Assembly: GCA_023269565.1 (NCBI GenBank)
Contig: JAHFTD010000003.1
Coordinates: 5,540-69,539 of the forward strand
Length of the DNA stretch: 64,000 bases
Reading direction: 5' to 3'
Source: Opitutaceae bacterium
GTDB lineage: Bacteria > Verrucomicrobiota > Verrucomicrobiia > Opitutales > Opitutaceae
Shown here: one piece after another, positions 57,950 through 64,000 of the stretch
Numbering within the stretch: the stretch's first letter is position 1
Layout of the letters: every line of letters starts with the position of its first letter
Position numbers and translations under genes: made by a program
The notes under the pieces: generated by a model
What the model was told of the DNA's origin: nothing
Databases searched by the model: none
What the model saw: the letters and a program-made list of their open reading frames with translations, nothing else

Positions 57950-59770
57950 GTGGACAACCAGCCGGAGCAACCCCAACCGACCACCTCCGGGCAGATCGCC
58001 GCCCCGGTCCGGCGTTGGTTCCTCGATCGGCTGCCCATCTGGCGCGAGGTGCGCGGCTACCGGCAGGAGACCTGGCGGGCGGACATCGCCGCGGCACTCA
58101 CCGTTTCGCTGGTGTCCATTCCGCAGGCCATCGGCTTCGCGCTCATCGCCGGTTTGCCGCCGCTGATGGTCGTAATGTCCGTCGTGGTGGGCGGTTTCGT
58201 GGCGGCGCTGTTGACATCGTCGCACCATCTCGTGTTCGGTCCGACGAATTCCCTCAGCATCATCCTCGCGGGCACAATCTATTCGTTTTCCGGCCACGCC
58301 CTGTCGCCTCTGCAGCTCACGCTGGTGCTCGGCCTGCTCATCGGTGTCATCCAACTCGGCGCGGGGCTGGCGCAGATGGGGCAGCTCACGCAGTTTGTCT
58401 CACGCTCGGTCGTCATCGGCTACGGCACGGCAATCAGCCTGCTGCTGGTGCTCAGCCAGCTGCCTAACTTGGCGGGGGTGCACGAGGTCGAGCGCGTCCG
58501 GGGGCTCTTTGGCAGTCTCTTGGAAGCGGCGCACAGCGTCATCCAGGGCCAGTTCAGCGTTTATAGCGCCATCATGGGCACGGTGACTCTTCTCCTGTTC
58601 TATGTCATTGAGCGTATGTTTCCGCGGGCGCCGGCAGAATTCATCGGGCTGGTGCTCCTGTCGCTTGTCATGCAGTTCGGGCATCTTTCCGACCTCGGCA
58701 TCCGCACCATTCAGGACGAGGGCGCGCTGGCCGCCGCGCTGCCGTCGTTCGCCGGCATGCCGATCGGGGCGACCGATCTGCGCGTCGTGCCCGGCTTGCT
58801 CAGCGCGGCGCTGGCCATCGCCATCCTCGGCATGCTGGAGTCGCTCTCAATCTCGAAGACCCTCGCCACGCGTTCCGGCCAGCGCATCGATCCCAACCAG
58901 GAGCTGATTTCGATGGGCGCGGCCAACATCGCCAACAGCCTGTTCCGCGCCATGCCCGGCTCGGCCTCGTTCGCCCGCAGCGGCGCCAATTACCAGTCGG
59001 GCGCCCGCACCCAGGTCTCGGCCCTGCTGAGCAGCCTCATCGTGCTGGTGGCGCTCCTCTTCTGCGCCCCGCTCATCAACTTCATCCCCGTGCCGAGCCT
59101 CGCCGCGCATCTCATCCGCATCGGCCTGAAGATGATCAATCGCGGCCAGATCCACATCGCGCGCCGCGCCACGCGCTCCGACGCCGTCGTGTTCTGGGTG
59201 ACACTTTGCGCCGCACTCTTCCTCAAGCTCGACGCGGCCATCTACGTCGGCGTTGGCGTCTCGCTCGCGCTGTTCCTTAAAAAAGCCGCCACGCCCACGC
59301 TGGTCGAATACACCTTCAACGAGAGCGGCAACCTCGCGGCCATCGAGACGAAGGAGCAGCGCCCGCACGCCCAGATCTCCATCATCCACGTCGAGGGCGA
59401 ACTGTTCTTCGGCGCGGCCGACATCTTCCAGCAGCAAGTGCGCAGCCTGGCCGACGACGAGGACATCAAGGTCTTTATACTCCGGCTCAAGAACGCCCGC
59501 CATCTCGACGCCACCACCGTGCTGGCGCTGCTGGAGCTCCACGACTACCTGCTACGGCACGGCCGCCATCTGCTGATCAGCGGCCTCAGCCCGGACGTTG
59601 AGCGCGTGCTGCACTCCAGCGGCGCGTTTGAGCGCATCGGCGCGGACAACATCTTCCCTGCCGAGGCCAATCCCACCGTCAGCACCAAGCACGCGCTCGA
59701 ACACGCCCAACAGCTGTTGCACAACGCGGACCCCGGCATCCGCATTTTCTACGACCGGCCAACCGCCTGA
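57950..59770 (+). CDS. SulP-family anion transporter with C-terminal STAS domain
   Basis: 606 aa. Multi-TM core (SLVSIPQAIGFALIAGLPP) and STAS domain (IIHVEGELFFGAAD..LRLKNARHLDATTV). Confidence 0.9.
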   Translation: MDNQPEQPQPTTSGQIAAPVRRWFLDRLPIWREVRGYRQETWRADIAAALTVSLVSIPQAIGFALIAGLPPLMVVMSVVVGGFVAALLTSSHHLVFGPTNSLSIILAGTIYSFSGHALSPLQLTLVLGLLIGVIQLGAGLAQMGQLTQFVSRSVVIGYGTAISLLLVLSQLPNLAGVHEVERVRGLFGSLLEAAHSVIQGQFSVYSAIMGTVTLLLFYVIERMFPRAPAEFIGLVLLSLVMQFGHLSDLGIRTIQDEGALAAALPSFAGMPIGATDLRVVPGLLSAALAIAILGMLESLSISKTLATRSGQRIDPNQELISMGAANIANSLFRAMPGSASFARSGANYQSGARTQVSALLSSLIVLVALLFCAPLINFIPVPSLAAHLIRIGLKMINRGQIHIARRATRSDAVVFWVTLCAALFLKLDAAIYVGVGVSLALFLKKAATPTLVEYTFNESGNLAAIETKEQRPHAQISIIHVEGELFFGAADIFQQQVRSLADDEDIKVFILRLKNARHLDATTVLALLELHDYLLRHGRHLLISGLSPDVERVLHSSGAFERIGADNIFPAEANPTVSTKHALEHAQQLLHNADPGIRIFYDRPTA

Positions 59771-59865
59771 ACCCGCGCGGTTTGGCCGCGCCCGCCGCCA
59801 GGCGGCCCACCGCACAGAACTTTGGTTGACAATCCGGGTCGGACTACGTTGCTTCTCGTCCCTTT

Positions 59866-60213
59866 ATGAGCCTGCTCATCGGCATTTTAACTTTCGCCCT
59901 CATCATCGTTTCGCTCTTCCTGATCCTGGTCGTGCTCATGCAAAAGGCCAAGGCGGACGGCGGCGTCGCCGCCATGGGTGGCGGTATGGCCGAGTCCACT
60001 TTCGGCGCTGAGACGGGCAATGTGCTCAGCAAGGCCACCATCAACGCCGCGATCGCGTTCTTCGTCCTCAGTTTCTCACTCTATCTGGCGCACATCTACC
60101 AGGCCAAGCACCGCGACACGGCTGACAGCAAGCTGCCCACGGTCGTCGCGCCGGCCAAGACCCTGGCGCCGCAACCCGCCACGCCCAAGCCGGGTGAGCA
60201 ACCGAGGCCATAA
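59866..60213 (+). CDS. secG: preprotein translocase subunit SecG
   Basis: 115 aa, two TM helices. LILVVLMQKAKADGG motif and a Pro/Ala-rich tail. Confidence 0.85.
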   Translation: MSLLIGILTFALIIVSLFLILVVLMQKAKADGGVAAMGGGMAESTFGAETGNVLSKATINAAIAFFVLSFSLYLAHIYQAKHRDTADSKLPTVVAPAKTLAPQPATPKPGEQPRP

Positions 60214-60244
60214 CTTCCCCCCCGGCCCGGCACTCCACCGGGCC

Positions 60245-61096
60245 TTGTTGTTGGTGCTCCTGGCTGCGGCCGGACTGCCGGGTGACTTGTCCGCGCAGAC
60301 GCCACTTTACCGTCCGCCCCAGGATTTTTTTCCCGGCGGCAAGGCGGATCAGACCGAGGGGGCGCGCATTCTCGCCGAGTTCCGCCGGCTGGGCATTCGC
60401 GGCGGTTACTGGCTGGCCTTCGATCTGCGCGTGATGCCGCGCCGCGGCACCGAGCGACTCGTGCACGGCCAGTTGCTCGGCACCCGCAATGAGTCTGGCC
60501 CCGTCTCGCGGCTGACCTTGCCCGGCGCGCACGGCCTCGCCTCGGAGCGCCGCTGGCTCATCCAGAGCGGCCCCCAGCCCACGGCGTGGACTTGGGACGG
60601 CGCGGCGGCGCAGACGCGGCAGCTCGGGGTGGGTGACGCGTTCCAGCCCGTAGGTGACACCGACCTGACGCTTTTCGATCTGCAGATGCCGTTTTTGTAT
60701 TGGAATGATTTTGTCTACGAAGGTCTCGCCAAGGTTCGCGGCCGCCCGGCGAACAGTTTTGTGCTTTACCCGCCCAAGGATCTAGCCGCCGCCCGCCCGC
60801 AACTCACTGGCGTGCGCGTGCTGCTCGACACACAGTTTGGCGCGCTGGTGCAGGCCGAGCTGCTCGGCGAAAAAGGCCGGCCCGAAAAAAGCATCACCGT
60901 CCTTGATCTGAAAAAAACCGGCGAGCAGTGGATCGTGAAGGAAATCGATCTGCGCAATCTTGTCACGCGCGACAAGACCCGCTTCACCGTTACCGCCGCA
61001 GCGCTCGATCTCATACTCCCGCCCACTGTCTGGTCGGCGGATGGGCTTGCGGCTGAGGCACCAGTCGTGGCGGAGGACGCCATCCAGCGTTTCTAA
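60245..61096 (+). CDS. secreted LolA-like / outer-membrane lipoprotein-sorting-like protein
   Basis: Frame of ORF 59978..61096. The real start must lie after the secG stop. TTG at 60245 or GTG at 60254 precedes the signal-like LLVLLAAAGLPGDLSAQ. Both the start and the family call are uncertain. Confidence 0.55.
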   Translation: MLLVLLAAAGLPGDLSAQTPLYRPPQDFFPGGKADQTEGARILAEFRRLGIRGGYWLAFDLRVMPRRGTERLVHGQLLGTRNESGPVSRLTLPGAHGLASERRWLIQSGPQPTAWTWDGAAAQTRQLGVGDAFQPVGDTDLTLFDLQMPFLYWNDFVYEGLAKVRGRPANSFVLYPPKDLAAARPQLTGVRVLLDTQFGALVQAELLGEKGRPEKSITVLDLKKTGEQWIVKEIDLRNLVTRDKTRFTVTAAALDLILPPTVWSADGLAAEAPVVAEDAIQRF

Positions 61097-61107
61097 TCCG
61101 CCGATCC

Positions 61108-61452
61108 ATGCGTGCGCGACCGGCGAAGCCGTTTCCGTTCTCCATCGAGGTCGAGTTTCTCGACCGCCTGAACGAACCCGTGCGCGACGGCAAGGCGGAG
61201 TCGGTGAGCGCGTTGATCCGCGCCGCGCTGGAGCATTACGATTTCGCCAACGTGGTCGTCCTGCATCCCGCGCAGCTGCAGATCTCGGTGCGGTTGCCGC
61301 CGGCGCTCCGGCAGACCCTGAGGAAAGTCGCCCGCTCGCGGCATACCAGCATCGGCCAGCTCGTGCGCGCGGCGGTTGAGGCTTATCTGCCGAAGCTGGA
61401 GGCGCAGCCGGCCAAGGCCGCGCGGAAGCGCCGCCGGCGCCGCAAGGCTTGA
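61108..61452 (+). CDS. tandem ribbon-helix-helix (CopG/Arc-type) protein with poly-Arg tail
   Basis: 114 aa. Two RHH-like units (FSIEVEFLDRLNE..SVSALIRAALEHY; LQISVRLPPALRQTLRKVA..SIGQLVRAAVEAYL). C-terminal KAARKRRRRRKA. Confidence 0.65.
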   Translation: MRARPAKPFPFSIEVEFLDRLNEPVRDGKAESVSALIRAALEHYDFANVVVLHPAQLQISVRLPPALRQTLRKVARSRHTSIGQLVRAAVEAYLPKLEAQPAKAARKRRRRRKA

Positions 61453-61513
61453 TCGCCGGCGCAAGCCGTAGGACTTGCCTTCGCGTTTCGCAGCCCTTTA
61501 GTCGGTGCGGCCA

Positions 61514-62704
61514 ATGACCTCCCCGCATCCGCTTTCCGTCTGGGCACAGAACGTCTCGCCCTCACCGACCCTCGAGATCGATGCCAAGGCCAAGGCCATG
61601 ATGGCCGCCGGCGAGGACGTGTGCAGCTTCGCCGCGGGCGAGCCGGATTTCGACACGCCGGACTTTATCAAGGATGCCGCCATCGCGGCGCTGAAGGCCG
61701 GCAAGACCAAATACGCTCCGACGCCCGGACTGGAGGAGTTGCGCGCCGCCGTCGCCGCGCGCTACGCCGCGGAATACGGCTATCAGGTCAAGGCGTCGCA
61801 GGTTGTCATCTCGCCGGGCGGCAAGTTCTCATGCTTCCTCGGCCTGCAGTCCGTCTGCAATCCCGGCGACGAGGTGCTCGTGCCCGCGCCGTATTGGGTC
61901 AGTTATCCCGAGATGGTGAAACTCTGCGGCGCACGGCCGGTGTTCGTCGCCGCTGCCGACCGCACGGGCTTCAAGCTCACGCCGGCGATGGTCGAGCAGG
62001 CCGTCACGCCCAAGACCAAGGCCGTCATCTTCAACAACCCCTCGAATCCCACCGGCGTGGTCTACACGCGCGCGGAGGTCGAGGCGCTCCTGACCGTCTT
62101 CCTGCGACACAACCTCTACATCCTGTCCGACGAGATGTATGAGCACCTCATCTACGACGGCGGCACGCCGACCTGCGTCGCCACGCTCGGCCCCGAAGCC
62201 GCCGCGCGCACGCTCACCGCCTCGGGTTTTTCCAAGAGCTACGCGATGACGGGCTGGCGGCTCGGCACGCTGGTGGCCCGGGCCGACATCGCCAAGGCCG
62301 CCGGAGAACTGCAGGCGCAGATGTCGTCCAACGCCACGACCTTCGCCCAATACGGTGCTCTGGCCGCGCTGCGCGAGCAGGACAAGGCCCGCGCCTCGCT
62401 CGGGGCCATGAAGACCGCCTTCGACCTCCGGCGCCGGCTGATGCACGCCGGGCTCGTCAAGATTCCCGGCCTGACGTGCGTGCTGGCCGGCGGCGCGTTC
62501 TACCTTTTTCCCAATATCTCCCGCTACGGCCTGCCGTCGGTCGAGTTCGCTGCGCGGCTGCTGGCCGAGGAGAAAGTTGCCACGGTGCCGGGCTTCGCCT
62601 TCGGGGCGGAAGGCTACTTGCGGCTGAGCTACGCCACTTCGGACGAGAGAATCGTCCAAGGCTTGGAGCGCCTCGCGCGTTTCTGCGCCAGGTTGTCGGG
62701 ATGA
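61514..62704 (+). CDS. class I PLP-dependent (aspartate-type) aminotransferase
   Basis: ATG at 61514 (alternative GTG at 61505). NNPSNPTG, SGFSKSYAMTGWRLG (PLP Lys), LRLSYA. Confidence 0.9.
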   Translation: MTSPHPLSVWAQNVSPSPTLEIDAKAKAMMAAGEDVCSFAAGEPDFDTPDFIKDAAIAALKAGKTKYAPTPGLEELRAAVAARYAAEYGYQVKASQVVISPGGKFSCFLGLQSVCNPGDEVLVPAPYWVSYPEMVKLCGARPVFVAAADRTGFKLTPAMVEQAVTPKTKAVIFNNPSNPTGVVYTRAEVEALLTVFLRHNLYILSDEMYEHLIYDGGTPTCVATLGPEAAARTLTASGFSKSYAMTGWRLGTLVARADIAKAAGELQAQMSSNATTFAQYGALAALREQDKARASLGAMKTAFDLRRRLMHAGLVKIPGLTCVLAGGAFYLFPNISRYGLPSVEFAARLLAEEKVATVPGFAFGAEGYLRLSYATSDERIVQGLERLARFCARLSG

Positions 62705-62723
62705 AGGCGAGGGGATTGCGGAG

Positions 62724-64000
62724 CTAGCCGGCCTGCCCGGCGGTGGGCGGCCTGCTATCCGGCCAGACGGCACGGACCAGCCAGGCCACGCTCAGCGTCA
62801 CGCCCGTGCCGATGAGAGTGAACCACGGCCAGAAGACCTCCCCGCCGAAAGTCCGCGTCCACCAGTCCTGCAGCGCGGGGATGTTCGGCGGCCAGTAGAG
62901 GAGGTTCATCACGGCGAGTGACACTATCATACCGGCCATCGTCGCCCGCGCGCCCACCCGGCGCGAAAACAGCGCCAGCAGCAGGCCGCCGAGCAGAGCC
63001 CCGCTGGTAAGGCCGCGCAGGGAGAACGCCGCGTTGAGCACGAATGTTACCTCCCGCGTCAGCCACGCCGTGAGCACGAGCATCCCGGCCCAGAACACGG
63101 TCGAATATTTGCTGAAGCGCAGGAGCGCCGCCTCGTCCCGACCCGGGGTGAACGGCTTCACGAAGTCCATCGTGGAGACCGAGGCGAGCGCGGTGAGCGC
63201 CGAGCTGATGGACGACATCGCCGCGGCGAGGATCGCCACGATCAGGAAACCCTTCAGGAGGTGGGGAACCTCCGTCAGCATGAAAATCGGGAAGACGAAG
63301 TCGAAGGACTTGAGGCCGGGCCGACTCTCGGGCAGGGGAATCTGGAACGGGTGGCTCTGGTAGAAGACCCAGAGCAACACGCCCACGAGGAGGAAGAGCA
63401 GAAAGAGCGGGAAGATGAGCACGGCGCTCAGAGTGAGGGCCTTGCGGCCGTCGGCCACGCTGCCGCAGGCGAGCACGCGCTGCACGATGAGCTGCTCCGC
63501 CCCGTGCGATGAAAGCACAATCATTGTGCCGCCGAGCAGACCCATCCAGAGGTTGAAGGGCGCCGAGAACGAGAACTGTGCGTTGAGCCATTGCAATTTG
63601 CCCGCTGCTGCGGCCGCCGTCATTGCGCCCGTCCAGCCGCCCTCCACCAGCGTCGGGATGTAGCAGAGGGCGAAGAGTCCGCCTCCGAGGAAGAGGCAGA
63701 ACTGCACGGCGTCGGTCCAGATCACCGCCTTGACGCCGCCGAGACTGGTGTAGATCAGGGAAAATCCGACGAACATCAGAATCGCGCCGAGGATCGGGTC
63801 GACGAACCCGCCCAGGCTGCAGACCCGCTCGCCGAGCAGCAGACGGACGGGGATGCATGCGACGAACACGCGCACGCCGGCTGCCAGAGTCTCGAGCAGC
63901 AGGAAAAATGCTCCCGCCAGCCGCCGCGGTCCGGTCCCGAGGTGCCGCTCGAGCAGCTGGTAGGGGGAGTAGATTTCGCCCTTCAGGTAATGGGGAACCA
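62724..64000 (-). CDS. sodium:solute symporter family transporter (5' end beyond the window)
   Basis: The listed ORF is 62724..63875, but the same frame stays open to the window edge (..VPHYLKGEIYSPYQLLERHLGTGPRRLAGAFFLLLE..). Multi-TM with SSS-like segments (GGVKAVIWTDAVQF). Confidence 0.8.
   Translation of the reverse strand, partial: VPHYLKGEIYSPYQLLERHLGTGPRRLAGAFFLLLETLAAGVRVFVACIPVRLLLGERVCSLGGFVDPILGAILMFVGFSLIYTSLGGVKAVIWTDAVQFCLFLGGGLFALCYIPTLVEGGWTGAMTAAAAAGKLQWLNAQFSFSAPFNLWMGLLGGTMIVLSSHGAEQLIVQRVLACGSVADGRKALTLSAVLIFPLFLLFLLVGVLLWVFYQSHPFQIPLPESRPGLKSFDFVFPIFMLTEVPHLLKGFLIVAILAAAMSSISSALTALASVSTMDFVKPFTPGRDEAALLRFSKYSTVFWAGMLVLTAWLTREVTFVLNAAFSLRGLTSGALLGGLLLALFSRRVGARATMAGMIVSLAVMNLLYWPPNIPALQDWWTRTFGGEVFWPWFTLIGTGVTLSVAWLVRAVWPDSRPPTAGQAG

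Overview
GC-rich bacterial chromosomal segment, roughly two-thirds G+C by eye (not computed). It is densely packed with about 56 protein genes and 3 tRNAs. I saw no rRNA, CRISPR array, transposase, integrase or phage genes. The many prepilin-type pseudopilins and a Rho with a long N-terminal extension fit a PVC/Verrucomicrobia-like organism, but that cannot be confirmed from this window. Most content is housekeeping: proS, clpS, rnr, ndk, coaE, rho, acs, hemCD, ffh, der, fmt, parB, secG. Four blocks stand out. (1) A polyphosphate/adenylate cluster at 12.1-20.1 kb contains ndk, a single-chain double adenylate kinase, a two-domain PAP-type PPK2, a CHAD protein, an ApaH-like metallophosphoesterase and ppk1. 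(2) A coaE-rho-pilB-pilT-pilB'-pilC co-directional block at 23.2-31.4 kb places the termination factor directly upstream of the pilus/T2SS motor genes. (3) A second, divergent Rho paralog at 34.9-36.1 kb lacks the N-terminal helix bundle. (4) A translationally coupled six-gene pseudopilin operon at 38.2-43.0 kb lies 7 kb from the ATPases, with no secretin in the window. Other oddities are a family-B DNA polymerase overlapping a large polytopic membrane protein, a perfect palindrome upstream of a P1B ATPase, and a single-chain tandem ribbon-helix-helix protein. Many long ORFs in the track are antisense artefacts of the high GC content and were rejected. All family calls come from motif recognition by eye; no searches were run.
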